From Eledone cirrhosa (taxonomy: Eukaryota): a stretch of DNA of 64,000 nt. The notes under the pieces were generated by a model. It saw only the letters and a program-made list of their open reading frames with translations, was not told the origin of the DNA and did not search any database. Within the stretch, counting starts at the first letter, position 1, and every line of letters begins with the position of its first letter. Below are positions 24,611-36,249 of this stretch, piece by piece. The stretch lies in the NCBI GenBank assembly GCA_964016885.1, contig OZ024743.1, positions 160,704,001 through 160,768,000 on the forward strand. The letters are read 5' to 3'. Made by a program: the position numbers and the translations under genes.

Positions 24611-25789
24611 ATGAAGGAATTGTTAAGAACTGAATACATTCGAAGAGTAAGGAGCGTATTGAAGTCACATCTGAACAGCAGAAATGCCATAAGCGCAGTA
24701 AATTCCCGAGCTGTGTCTATTATTAGGTACAGTGCGGGAATTCTGAGATGGAATGTTGCTGAACAAAAAGAAATGGATAGGAAGACTAGGAAGCTATTGA
24801 CTATCTACATGTTCCACAAGAGGAGTGATGTCGATAGACTCTACCTAAGGAGATCTGAGGGTGGAAGAGGTCTTATCAGCATAGAGGACTGTGTTCAGAT
24901 GGAGAAAAACAACCTATACAAATACGTGACCTATAGTAAGGAGCCAATGCTCAGAACTGTACTGAAGGAGGGGACAGTAGGCCAGGTGATGTCCAAGGAG
25001 GAAATAACATCAAGGAGGAAGAGCAGCCTTAAGGGAAAATCCCTTCATAGTACCTTCTTTGAGAAAACTGAATTTAGAGATCCACAGACATGGAACTGGT
25101 TGAGAAGAGGAGACCTCAAAAAGGCTACAGAAGGAATGCTAATGGCTGCGCAGGAGCAGGCCCTCAAAACGAAGTGGTTGAAGCACCATATCTACAAGGA
25201 GGAGGCTAGCCCACTGTGCAGGATCTGTGGAGAGAGAGAGGAGACTGTGGCTCACATTGTGTCCGAGTGTAAACACCTAGCCCAGACACACTATAAGGGC
25301 TGGAGACACGATGTGATGGGCAGGGTGATCCACTGGCACCTGTGCAAAGTAAACAATCTACCACATTCTGAGAAATGGTATGAGCATAGGCCAGAGGCGG
25401 TGATGGAGAACAGTCAGGTGAAGGTGCTGTGGGATTTTAGGATACAGACGGACAAAAAACTGGAACACAATAGACCTGACCTGGTGGTTATGGACAAAGA
25501 AAAAAGATCGTGCCTGATTGTGGATGTGGCCTGCCCGTTCGACACGAGAGTGCAAGAGAAGGAGAGGGAGAAAATTAACCGATACCAGGACCTAAAGTGG
25601 GAGGTGAAAAGGATTTGGAACTGCCATGAAGTCAAAGTGATCCCGATTGTCATAGGCGCACTGGGGACTATCTCCAAAGGTTTCCAGGGATGGTTAAAGA
25701 AAATCGGCCCCTTCACGCTTTTTGGAACGCTTCAAAAGGCATGCTTGCTTGGAACAGCAAGAACCCTCCGATACGTCCTGAATATCTGA
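24611..25789 (+). CDS. Family A C-terminal ORF, unit 3
   Basis: Same protein as unit 1. Confidence 0.55.
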   Translation: MKELLRTEYIRRVRSVLKSHLNSRNAISAVNSRAVSIIRYSAGILRWNVAEQKEMDRKTRKLLTIYMFHKRSDVDRLYLRRSEGGRGLISIEDCVQMEKNNLYKYVTYSKEPMLRTVLKEGTVGQVMSKEEITSRRKSSLKGKSLHSTFFEKTEFRDPQTWNWLRRGDLKKATEGMLMAAQEQALKTKWLKHHIYKEEASPLCRICGEREETVAHIVSECKHLAQTHYKGWRHDVMGRVIHWHLCKVNNLPHSEKWYEHRPEAVMENSQVKVLWDFRIQTDKKLEHNRPDLVVMDKEKRSCLIVDVACPFDTRVQEKEREKINRYQDLKWEVKRIWNCHEVKVIPIVIGALGTISKGFQGWLKKIGPFTLFGTLQKACLLGTARTLRYVLNI

Positions 25790-25959
25790 GGCTGCAGGTA
25801 GTGGCTTGATATTCAATCCAACGGACTTTCCAGTTAACCAACATCAATGACTGAGATTCAAGGAATAACAATAACAATAATAATAATAATAATAATAATA
25901 ATGAAGGAATTGTAATAATTGAATAATAATTGAATAATAATTGAATAATAATAATAAAA

Positions 25960-27138
25960 ATGAAGGAATTGTTAAGAACTGAATACATTCGAAGAGTAAG
26001 GAGCGTATTGAAGTCACATCTGAACAGCAGAAATGCCATAAGCGCAGTAAATTCCCGAGCTGTGTCTATTATTAGGTACAGTGCGGGAATTCTGAGATGG
26101 AATGTTGCTGAACAAAAAGAAATGGATAGGAAGACTAGGAAGCTATTGACTATCTACATGTTCCACAAGAGGAGTGATGTCGATAGACTCTACCTAAGGA
26201 GATCTGAGGGTGGAAGAGGTCTTATCAGCATAGAGGACTGTGTTCAGATGGAGAAAAACAACCTATACAAATACGTGACCTATAGTAAGGAGCCAATGCT
26301 CAGAACTGTACTGAAGGAGGGGACAGTAGGCCAGGTGATGTCCAAGGAGGAAATAACATCAAGGAGGAAGAGCAGCCTTAAGGGAAAATCCCTTCATAGT
26401 ACCTTCTTTGAGAAAACTGAATTTAGAGATCCACAGACATGGAACTGGTTGAGAAGAGGAGACCTCAAAAAGGCTACAGAAGGAATGCTAATGGCTGCGC
26501 AGGAGCAGGCCCTCAAAACGAAGTGGTTGAAGCACCATATCTACAAGGAGGAGGCTAGCCCACTGTGCAGGATCTGTGGAGAGAGAGAGGAGACTGTGGC
26601 TCACATTGTGTCCGAGTGTAAACACCTAGCCCAGACACACTATAAGGGCTGGAGACACGATGTGATGGGCAGGGTGATCCACTGGCACCTGTGCAAAGTA
26701 AACAATCTACCACATTCTGAGAAATGGTATGAGCATAGGCCAGAGGCGGTGATGGAGAACAGTCAGGTGAAGGTGCTGTGGGATTTTAGGATACAGACGG
26801 ACAAAAAACTGGAACACAATAGACCTGACCTGGTGGTTATGGACAAAGAAAAAAGATCGTGCCTGATTGTGGATGTGGCCTGCCCGTTCGACACGAGAGT
26901 GCAAGAGAAGGAGAGGGAGAAAATTAACCGATACCAGGACCTAAAGTGGGAGGTGAAAAGGATTTGGAACTGCCATGAAGTCAAAGTGATCCCGATTGTC
27001 ATAGGCGCACTGGGGACTATCTCCAAAGGTTTCCAGGGATGGTTAAAGAAAATCGGCCCCTTCACGCTTTTTGGAACGCTTCAAAAGGCATGCTTGCTTG
27101 GAACAGCAAGAACCCTCCGATACGTCCTGAATATCTGA
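25960..27138 (+). CDS. Family A C-terminal ORF, unit 4
   Basis: Same protein as unit 1. Confidence 0.55.
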   Translation: MKELLRTEYIRRVRSVLKSHLNSRNAISAVNSRAVSIIRYSAGILRWNVAEQKEMDRKTRKLLTIYMFHKRSDVDRLYLRRSEGGRGLISIEDCVQMEKNNLYKYVTYSKEPMLRTVLKEGTVGQVMSKEEITSRRKSSLKGKSLHSTFFEKTEFRDPQTWNWLRRGDLKKATEGMLMAAQEQALKTKWLKHHIYKEEASPLCRICGEREETVAHIVSECKHLAQTHYKGWRHDVMGRVIHWHLCKVNNLPHSEKWYEHRPEAVMENSQVKVLWDFRIQTDKKLEHNRPDLVVMDKEKRSCLIVDVACPFDTRVQEKEREKINRYQDLKWEVKRIWNCHEVKVIPIVIGALGTISKGFQGWLKKIGPFTLFGTLQKACLLGTARTLRYVLNI

Positions 27139-27308
27139 GGCTGCAGGTAGTGGCTTGATATTCAATCCAACGGACTTTCCAGTTAACCAACATCAATGAC
27201 TGAGATTCAAGGAATAACAATAACAATAATAATAATAATAATAATAATAATGAAGGAATTGTAATAATTGAATAATAATTGAATAATAATTGAATAATAA
27301 TAATAAAA

Positions 27309-28487
27309 ATGAAGGAATTGTTAAGAACTGAATACATTCGAAGAGTAAGGAGCGTATTGAAGTCACATCTGAACAGCAGAAATGCCATAAGCGCAGTAAA
27401 TTCCCGAGCTGTGTCTATTATTAGGTACAGTGCGGGAATTCTGAGATGGAATGTTGCTGAACAAAAAGAAATGGATAGGAAGACTAGGAAGCTATTGACT
27501 ATCTACATGTTCCACAAGAGGAGTGATGTCGATAGACTCTACCTAAGGAGATCTGAGGGTGGAAGAGGTCTTATCAGCATAGAGGACTGTGTTCAGATGG
27601 AGAAAAACAACCTATACAAATACGTGACCTATAGTAAGGAGCCAATGCTCAGAACTGTACTGAAGGAGGGGACAGTAGGCCACGGGATGTCCAAGGAGGA
27701 AATAACATCAAGGAGGAAGAGCAGCCTTAAGGGAATATCCCGTGATAGTACCTTCTTTGAGAAAACTGAATTTAGAGATCCACAGACATGGAACTGGTTG
27801 AGAAGAGGAGACCTCAAAAAGGCTACAGAAGGAATGCTAATGGCTGCGCAGGAGCAGGCCCTCAAAACGAAGTGGTTGAAGCACCATATCTACAAGGAGG
27901 AGGCTAGCCCACTGTGCAGGATCTGTGGAGAGAGAGAGGAGACTGTGGCTCACATTGTGTCCGAGTGTAAACACCTAGCCCAGACCCACTATAAGGGCTG
28001 GAGACACGATGTGATGGGCAGGGTGATCCACTGGCACCTGTGCAAAGTAAACAATCTACCACATTCTGAGAAATGGTATGAGCATAGGCCAGAGGCGGTG
28101 ATGGAGAACAATCAGGTGAAGGTGCTGTGGGATTTTAGGATACAGACGGACAAAAAACTGGAACACAATAGACCTGACCTGGTGGTTATGGACAAAGAAA
28201 AAAGATCGTGCCTGATTGTGGATGTGGCCTGCCCGTTCGACACGAGAGTGCAAGAGAAGGAGAGGGAGAAAATTAACCGATACCAGGACCTAAAGTGGGA
28301 GGTGAAAAGGATTTGGAACTGCCATGAAGTCAAAGTGATCCCGATTGTCATAGGCGCACTGGGGACTATCTCCAAAGGTTTCCAGGGATGGTTAAAGAAA
28401 ATCGGCCCCTTCACGCTTTTTGGAACGCTTCAAAAGGCATGCTTGCTTGGAACAGCAAGAACCCTCCGATACGTCCTGAATATCTGA
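27309..28487 (+). CDS. Family A C-terminal ORF, unit 5 (mosaic variant)
   Basis: 392 aa with a few substitutions. Confidence 0.55.
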   Translation: MKELLRTEYIRRVRSVLKSHLNSRNAISAVNSRAVSIIRYSAGILRWNVAEQKEMDRKTRKLLTIYMFHKRSDVDRLYLRRSEGGRGLISIEDCVQMEKNNLYKYVTYSKEPMLRTVLKEGTVGHGMSKEEITSRRKSSLKGISRDSTFFEKTEFRDPQTWNWLRRGDLKKATEGMLMAAQEQALKTKWLKHHIYKEEASPLCRICGEREETVAHIVSECKHLAQTHYKGWRHDVMGRVIHWHLCKVNNLPHSEKWYEHRPEAVMENNQVKVLWDFRIQTDKKLEHNRPDLVVMDKEKRSCLIVDVACPFDTRVQEKEREKINRYQDLKWEVKRIWNCHEVKVIPIVIGALGTISKGFQGWLKKIGPFTLFGTLQKACLLGTARTLRYVLNI

Positions 28488-28657
28488 GGCTGCAGGTAGT
28501 GGCTTGATATTCAATCCAACGGACTTTCCAGTTAACCAACATCAATGACTGAGATTCAAGGAATAACAATAACAATAATAATAATAATAATAATAATAAT
28601 GAAGGAATTGTAATAATTGAATAATAATTGAATAATAATTGAATAATAATAATAAAA

Positions 28658-29839
28658 ATGAAGGAATTGTTAAGAACTGAATACATTCGAAGAGTAAGGA
28701 GCGTATTGAAGTCACATCTGAACAGCAGAAATGCCATAAGCGCAGTAAATTCCCGAGCTGTGTCTATTATTAGGTACAGTGCGGGAATTCTGAGATGGAA
28801 TGTTGCTGAACAAAAAGAAATGGATAGGAAGACTAGGAAGCTATTGACTATCTACAACATGTTCCACAAGAGGAGTGATGTCGATAGACTCTACCTAAGG
28901 AGATCTGAGGGTGGAAGAGGTCTTATCAGCATAGAGGACTGTGTTCAGATGGAGAAAAACAACCTATACAAATACGTGACCTATAGTAAGGAGCCAATGC
29001 TCAGAACTGTACTGAAGGAGGGGACAGTAGGCCAGGGGATGTCCAAGGAGGAAATAACATCAAGGAGGAAGAGCAGCCTTAAGGGAATATCCCGTCATAG
29101 TACCTTCTTTGAGAAAACTGAATTTAGAGATCCACAGACATGGAACTGGTTGAGAAGAGGAGACCTCAAAAAGGCTACAGAAGGAATGCTAATGGCTGCG
29201 CAGGAGCAGGCCCTCAAAACGAAGTGGTTGAAGCACCATATCTACAAGGAGGAGGCTAGCCCACTGTGCAGGATCTGTGGAGAGAGAGAGGAGACTGTGG
29301 TTCACATTGTGTCCGAGTGTAAACACCTAGCCCAGGCCCACTATAAGGGCTGGAGACACGATGTGATGGGCAGGGTGATCCACTGGCACCTGTGCAAAGT
29401 AAACAATTTACCACATTCTGAGAAATGGTATGAGCATAGGCCAGAGGCGGTGATGGAGAACAATCAGGTGAAGGTGCTGTGGGATTTTAGGATACAGACG
29501 GACAAAAAACTGGAACACAATAGACCTGACCTGGTGGTTGTGGACAAAGAAAAAAGAACGTGTCTGATTGTGGATGTGGCCTGCCCGTTCGACACGAGAG
29601 TGCAAGAGAAGGAGAGGGAGAAAATTAACCGATACCAGGACCTAAAGTGGGAGGTGAAAAGGATTTGGAACTGCCATGAAGTCAAAGTGATCCCGATTGT
29701 CATAGGCGCACTGGGGACTATCTCCAAAAGTTTCCAGGGATGGTTAAAGAAAATCGGCCCCTTCACGCTTTTTGGAACGCTTCAAAAGGCATGCTTGCTT
29801 GGAACAGCAAGAACCCTCCGATACGTCCTGAATATCTGA
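28658..29839 (+). CDS. Family A C-terminal ORF, unit 6
   Basis: 393 aa; lacks the 3-bp deletion of units 1-5. Confidence 0.55.
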   Translation: MKELLRTEYIRRVRSVLKSHLNSRNAISAVNSRAVSIIRYSAGILRWNVAEQKEMDRKTRKLLTIYNMFHKRSDVDRLYLRRSEGGRGLISIEDCVQMEKNNLYKYVTYSKEPMLRTVLKEGTVGQGMSKEEITSRRKSSLKGISRHSTFFEKTEFRDPQTWNWLRRGDLKKATEGMLMAAQEQALKTKWLKHHIYKEEASPLCRICGEREETVVHIVSECKHLAQAHYKGWRHDVMGRVIHWHLCKVNNLPHSEKWYEHRPEAVMENNQVKVLWDFRIQTDKKLEHNRPDLVVVDKEKRTCLIVDVACPFDTRVQEKEREKINRYQDLKWEVKRIWNCHEVKVIPIVIGALGTISKSFQGWLKKIGPFTLFGTLQKACLLGTARTLRYVLNI

Positions 29840-30036
29840 GGCTGCAGGTAGTGGCTTGATATTCAATCCAATGGACTTTCCAGTTAACCAACATCAATGA
29901 CTGAGATTCAAGGAATAACAACAACAATAATAATAATAATAATAATAACAATATAAAAAGCCCCGGCACCACCACCGACATAGCCAACAACAATAATAGC
30001 CAACTACAACAAAAAGTATATTATATTATTGTAAGG

Positions 30037-30081
30037 CACTGGGTGATTGCTGGCCTTGTGCCTGGAGTGGAGACAATTATT
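30037..30081 (+). mobile_element. Short 3' fragment of the SINE family, opposite orientation
   Basis: actgggtgattgctggccttgtgcctggagtggagacaattatt matches the SINE 3' end. Confidence 0.6.
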
Positions 30082-30166
30082 AATAATTTCATTCTTAAGC
30101 CACGCAATGCTCACATTAAGGAACCACTGATGATAATAACAATTTAAAAAAACAACAAAAAGAAAA

Positions 30167-33100
30167 CCCCGTGACCAAGAAATAACGGGATGGCGGCCGG
30201 CGGAGAATAGCCGTGTCTCTAGGAGAGAACGACCCCTCTAGTCTTGGTTGACACTCGTTCTAGAAGTGGTAACACGAAATGATTACCCCTTGGCGGATAA
30301 GGATAAAACGCGACAAAATAAAGTAAATGTCTAATGATAAAATCTCATACCGGATCGGCCGTCACCCGGGTAAAAAAGGGCCGCGTCCCTCAGAGAGGAA
30401 CCAGAATGGGGTCGAAAAATCAGCTAATGGTTCAAACCTTCCCATCACTTCGGAGCTGGAGACCTCCCATAACCGGAATACTCCTACTGTTGGCCCTCCA
30501 TGCTCACCACCAAGAAATCCAAAGAAAAAGAGAGAAAAATTGTCAAGGGAAGATAATAAAGAAGTCCTTGAGGCTTTCTACACTGCCATGTACTACCCAT
30601 CAAATACATCGAATACAGAACAGACATATATCAACTGGAAAAAGAAACATCCCGAAAACAGAGGCTATATTGACAGTAACAAACTAGCCAATATACGAAG
30701 AAATATTGTAAGAAAAAAGTTACTAACTGATATAGAAATTGATCAGATCAAGCTATTAGCACAAAGTCATCGAAGGGAAAATGAAACATGTGTCAGTGAA
30801 AACGAGGTAAACTGTAACACTTCGAATCCCGGGGTTGGGGCGGAATCACTGGCAACAGAACAAATTAAAGAAAGGATCGAAAAAGTGGTGGGAGTGCATG
30901 CTCAGGATGAAACTCGAAATGAAAATAATGAGATCGTAAATGATAAAGAAATGAATGAGAATGAACTTGCCAAATTGAAGGATGAAATTATGATCGAATG
31001 GATGAAATGAAAGAATCTGACATGGAGCAACGAGACACCCTCCCTAAGATCCAGAACTCCAAACAGAACCAAAAGATAGTACACAAGACTGACATAATTC
31101 TCAAAAACATTATCATCACAAACAAACTAAACATTACTGATTTAAATCATCTCTATTATGCATCGGCTAAAGTCACCACTCACTTATGTGGAGTGAAGAT
31201 GAAAAATCAAAGGAATTCCCACAAGAAATCTACTTGGCAAGAGCACATCAATTGCCAAATAAACCTTCTCCGATCTGACATAGAAATTTTAACAAACTAT
31301 AAAGTAGGTGAACATGTTAAACAAACTAAACTTAGAAAATTGAAAACAAAAGTACGGTATAAAATCAACATGTGACATAGACATGCTGATAGAAATAATC
31401 AAGCAAAAAGTGTCGGCCAAAGCTGCTCGTATAAGGCGCTTTGAAAAACGATCTAGATTCTATAAGGACAATAATATGTTCAAAAACAACCAAAGAAACT
31501 TCTACAGAAAAATTGGTAAGTCAACAATAACTGCTAAATCAATACCACCCAAGGTGGAAGTGCAAGAATTCTGGGAAAAGATCTGGGCCGAAGAAAGAGT
31601 TCATAACATACATGCCCCATGGATAGACAGACAAATGAAAGATACAGCTCACCTTGAGGAACAAACATGGGAAAATATAACAGTTGAACAGTTGCGCTTG
31701 GCTCTAAGAAAAACCAGCAAATGGAAATCCCCAGAAAAAGACAAAATACAAAACTTTTGGATAAATGCCTTCACAGAGTCTCATGAGCTGTTAGCCCAAC
31801 TTTACAATGAAATAGTTAAGGAGTCAGAAAAGATACCTTCATGGCTAGTTAACGGCATTACATTCCTGCTTCCGAAGAATGATGAGACAAACAATCCCAC
31901 AAATTACAGACCGATAACTTGCTTGACCACAATGTATAAAATTTTAACATCAGTCCTAACTGAATACACATATGACCACCTGATAACAAATGAACTATTT
32001 CCCATTGAGCAGAAAGGGTGTAAACGAGGCTCATATGGCTGTAAGGATCAGCTTCTGGTTAACAAAATGATACTGGAAGATTGTCATAATAGACACAAAA
32101 ATCTATCGATTGCTTGGATAGATTATAAAAAAGCATTTGATAGTTTGCCACACAGTTGGATTGAAAAATGTTTAGAGATTTTCAAAATATCCCCCGTTGT
32201 CAGGAGGTTTTTGTCATTCAATATGAAGACATGGAAAACGACACTCCTTTTGAATAGTGAAACAAAATCACTGGAAGCTGGAGAAGTTAATATTAATTGT
32301 AGAATTTTTCAGGGTGACTCTTTATCACCGCTTTTATTCTGCATCGCACTTATACCATTAAGTAAAATGCTCAATGAAACAAAACATGGATATAAAGTCT
32401 ATGACAAAACCATTAATCACCTGTTCTACATGGATGACCTGAAACTATTTGCAAAAAATGAGGAACAATTGGAAGGGCTATTATCCACTGTGAAGCAGTT
32501 CAGTGATGACATTAAAATGGAGTTTGGACTAGATAAATGCGCCAAAGCAACGTTCACCAGAGGAAAGCTGCTGAAGAGTTCAGACATTAATCTTGATCGG
32601 GGGAACGTGATAAGAGAACTTGATCAAGAAAAAACTTTAAAATATCTAGGTGTTTGTGAAGGAGACGGAATTAAGCACTCGACAATGAGGGAAAGGATAA
32701 GGAAGGAATGTTACCGCAGAGTAAGAGCAATCTTAAGAACGGAATTGAATGCAAGGAATAGGATCGATGCCATAAACACGCTTGCCATACCAGTAGTAAC
32801 CTACAGTTACAATGTCATCAACTGGTCAAGCACAGAGATCCGTAGGCTCGATACAAAAATTCGAAAATTATTAACCATGCACAGAATGCATCACCCTAAG
32901 GCAGATATAGATAGAATATGTCTCCCTAGGAAAGAAGGAGGACGTAGGTTAATCCAGTTAGACATTGCGTTCAAAACTGCAACAATTGGATTATCTACAT
33001 ATCTAAGGGAATCACATGATTGGATGATCAAACTCGTTTTGAAACACGAAAGCATCAAAAGATCATATTCCATTACATAAGATGCACAAAGATACAGTAA

Positions 33101-34120
33101 TGGACTACAAATTTCAGAAGTCCCATTTACTGCTGAAATGGAAAACACAGAAAAAGCAAAGCAGGTAAAAGTAACTGCAAAGAAAGAACTGCTACAGAAA
33201 CTGGCTAAGAAATGGCAAGAAAAGCCTCTGTATGGAAAATACCCAGAGCGAGCTAACAATCCTGATGTTGACAAAACTTTAACCCATCAGTGGTTGGCAT
33301 CCTCTGGACTGAAATCGGAGACTGAAGGACTGATTATATCGGCACAAGATCAGTGTCTGCCAACAAAAAATTACCAAGCCAACATAATAAAAAATGGGTG
33401 CAGCCCATTATGCCGTGTATGCAAAAAACAACCAAAGACCATTGACCATATAATTTCAATGTGCAGTCCTATAGCTCCAACCGAATACCTAAACAGGCAT
33501 GACAGAGCTGCACAATACATACATTGGATAATGTGTAAGCATTTTGACCTGCCCCATCAAAAGAATTGGTGGGAACATCAACCACCTCCCATACTTGAAA
33601 AAGATCACATCTCAATCTTGTGGAATTTAGCATCCAAACAAACCGAAAAATAGATGCAAACAGACCTGATATAATATTGAAAGACTTTCAAAAGAGGGTA
33701 TGCCTGCTAATTGATATGTCTGTTCCAATAGACAAGAATGTATCTATAAAAACATTTGAAAAATTGAGCAAGTATAAGGACCTGGAGATAGAAATTGGAA
33801 AAATGTGGAAATTGAGAACTAAAACAATACCAGTGGTTGTAGGCGCTCTGGGAATGATACCTAAGGGGTCTAATGATTACTTATCGCAAATCCCAGGAAA
33901 CCCGCGTATAGGAGAAATACAAAAGATAGTACTAATGGGAACTGCCCATATACTAAGGAAGTTTCTGTCAATATAAGTACATCACAAGTCTAAACACTAA
34001 AGATGCATGTGTGAGTATGTATGTTCTTTCTTGAACATGGCGGACCTTGTTGTCTCTTGAGGTCACTGGTTGTGACTTGGTGATAACTCGTATGAACATA
34101 AAGCAAGATAAATGCAACTG
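30167..34120 (+). mobile_element. R4/Dong-like family B, apparently full-length copy with disabled ORF
   Basis: GC-rich structured 5'UTR, ORF pieces 30327-33976, 3'UTR and (TAA)n tail; the 5' boundary is approximate. Confidence 0.88.
30327..33976 (+). pseudogene. Family B single ORF (N-terminal domain, RT, CCHC, RLE) with frameshifts and a stop
   Basis: Pieces 30327-31010, 30998-31375, 31383-33080 (NYRPITCL, WIDYKKAFD, HLFYMDD), 33138-33653 (CRVCx8HIISMC) and 33620-33976 (RPDIIL..LIDMSVP..K). Confidence 0.9.
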
Positions 34121-34235
34121 TAATAATAATAATAATAATAAAAAAGCATTCGATAGTTTGCCACACAGTTGGATTGAAAAATGTTTAGAGATTTTCAAAA
34201 TATCCCCCGTTGTCAGGAGGTTTTAGTCGTTCAGT

Positions 34236-35990
34236 ATGAAGACATGGAAAACGACACTCCTTTTCTATAGTGAAACAAAATCACTGGAAGCTGGAGAAGT
34301 TAATATTAATTGTGAAATTTTTCAGGGTGACTCTTTATCACCGCTTTTATTCTGCATCGCACTTATACCATTAAGTAAAATGCTCAATGAAACAAAACAT
34401 GGATATAAAGTCTATGACAAAACCATTAATCACCTGTTCTACATGGATGACCTGAAACTATTTGCAAAAAATGATGAACAATTGGAAGGGCTATTATCCA
34501 CTGTGGAGCAGTTCAGTGATGACATTAAATTGGAGTGTGAACTAGATAAATGCGCCAAAGCAACGTTCACCAGAGGAAAGATGCTGAAGAATTCAGACAT
34601 TAATCTTGATCGGGGGAACGTGATAAGAGAACTTGATCAAGAAAAAACTTACAAATATCTAGGTGTTTGTGAAGGAGATGGAATCAAGCACTCGACAATG
34701 AGGGAAAGGATAAGGAAGGAATGTTACCGCAGAGTAAGAGCAATCTTAAGAACGGAATTGAATGCAAGGAATAGGATCGATGCCATAAACACGCTTGCCA
34801 TACCAGTAGTAACCTACAGTTACAATGTCATCAACTGGTCAAGCACAGAGATCCGTAGGCTCGATACAAAAATTCGAAAATTCTTAACCATGCACAGAAT
34901 GCATCACTCTAAGGCAGATATAGATAGAATATATCTCCCTAGGAAAGAAGGAGGACGTGGGTTAATCCAGTTAGAAATTGCGTTGAAAACTGCAACAATT
35001 GGATTATCTACATATCTAAGGGAATCACATGTATGGATGATCAAACTCGTTTTGAAACACGAAAGCATCAAAAGATCATATTCCATTACAAAAGATGCAC
35101 AAAGATACAGTAATGGACTACAAATTTCAGAAGTCCCATTTACTGTTGAAATGGAAAACACAGAAAAAGCAAAGCAGGTAAAAGAAACTGCAAAGAAAGA
35201 ACTGCTACAGAAACTGGCTAAGAAATGGCAAGAAAAGCCTCTGTATGGAAAATACCCAGAGCGAGCTAACAATCCTGATGTTGACAAAACTTTAACCCAT
35301 CCGTGGTTGGCATCCTCTGGACTGAAATCGGAGACTGAAGGACTGATTATATCAGCACGAGATCAGTGTCTGCCAACAAAAAATTACCAAGCCAACATAA
35401 TAAAAAATGGATGCAGCCCATTATGCCGTGTATGCAAAAAACAACCAGAGACCATTGACCATATAATTTCAATGTGCAGTCCTATAGCTCTAACCGAATA
35501 CCTAAACAGGCATGACAGAGCTGCACAATACATACATTGGATAATGTGTAAGCATTTTGACCTGCCCCATCAAAAGAATTGGTGGGAACATCAACCACCT
35601 CCCATACTTGAAAAAGATCACATCTCAATCTTGTGGAACTTTAGCATCCAAACAAACCGAAAAATAAATGCAAATAGACCTGATATAATATTGAAGGACT
35701 TTAAAAATAGGGTATGCCTGCTAATTGATATGTCTGTTCCAATAGACAAGAATGTATCTATAAAAACATTCGAAAAATTGAGCAAGTATAAGGACCTGGA
35801 AATAGAAATTGGAAAAATGTGGAAATTGAGAACTAAAACAATACCAGTGGTTGTAGGCGCTCTGGGAATGATACCTAAGGGGTCTAATGATTACTTATCG
35901 CAAATCCCAGGAAACCCGCGTATAGGAGAAATACAAAAGATAGTACTAATGGGAACTGCCCATATACTAAGGAAGATTCTGTCAATATAA
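34236..35990 (+). CDS. Family B truncated ORF (RT C-terminal half, CCHC, RLE), unit 1
   Basis: 584-aa ORF with YMDD, CCHC and PD..D..K. Confidence 0.55.
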   Translation: MKTWKTTLLFYSETKSLEAGEVNINCEIFQGDSLSPLLFCIALIPLSKMLNETKHGYKVYDKTINHLFYMDDLKLFAKNDEQLEGLLSTVEQFSDDIKLECELDKCAKATFTRGKMLKNSDINLDRGNVIRELDQEKTYKYLGVCEGDGIKHSTMRERIRKECYRRVRAILRTELNARNRIDAINTLAIPVVTYSYNVINWSSTEIRRLDTKIRKFLTMHRMHHSKADIDRIYLPRKEGGRGLIQLEIALKTATIGLSTYLRESHVWMIKLVLKHESIKRSYSITKDAQRYSNGLQISEVPFTVEMENTEKAKQVKETAKKELLQKLAKKWQEKPLYGKYPERANNPDVDKTLTHPWLASSGLKSETEGLIISARDQCLPTKNYQANIIKNGCSPLCRVCKKQPETIDHIISMCSPIALTEYLNRHDRAAQYIHWIMCKHFDLPHQKNWWEHQPPPILEKDHISILWNFSIQTNRKINANRPDIILKDFKNRVCLLIDMSVPIDKNVSIKTFEKLSKYKDLEIEIGKMWKLRTKTIPVVVGALGMIPKGSNDYLSQIPGNPRIGEIQKIVLMGTAHILRKILSI

Positions 35991-36249
35991 GTACATCACA
36001 AGTCTAAACACTAAAGATGCATGTGTGAGTATGTATGTTCTTTCTTGAACATGGCGGACCTTGTTGTCTCTTGAGGTCACTGGTTGTGACTTGGTGATAA
36101 CTCGTATGAACATAAAGCAAGATAAATGCAACTGTAATAATAATAATAATAATAAAAAAGCATTCGATAGTTTGCCACACAGTTGGATTGAAAAATGTTT
36201 AGAGATTTTCAAAATATCCCCCGTTGTCAGGAGGTTTTAGTCGTTCAGT

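Larger units (their letters stand above)
21817..29913 (+). repeat. Tandem array of six ~1349-bp units of truncated family A
   Basis: ORF starts at 21913, 23262, 24611, 25960, 27309 and 28658 (period 1349); identical complex junctions. Confidence 0.97.

Noticed and set aside
30127-30170. CTGATGA upstream of family B as a hammerhead
   Set aside because: No stem II or stem I can be formed
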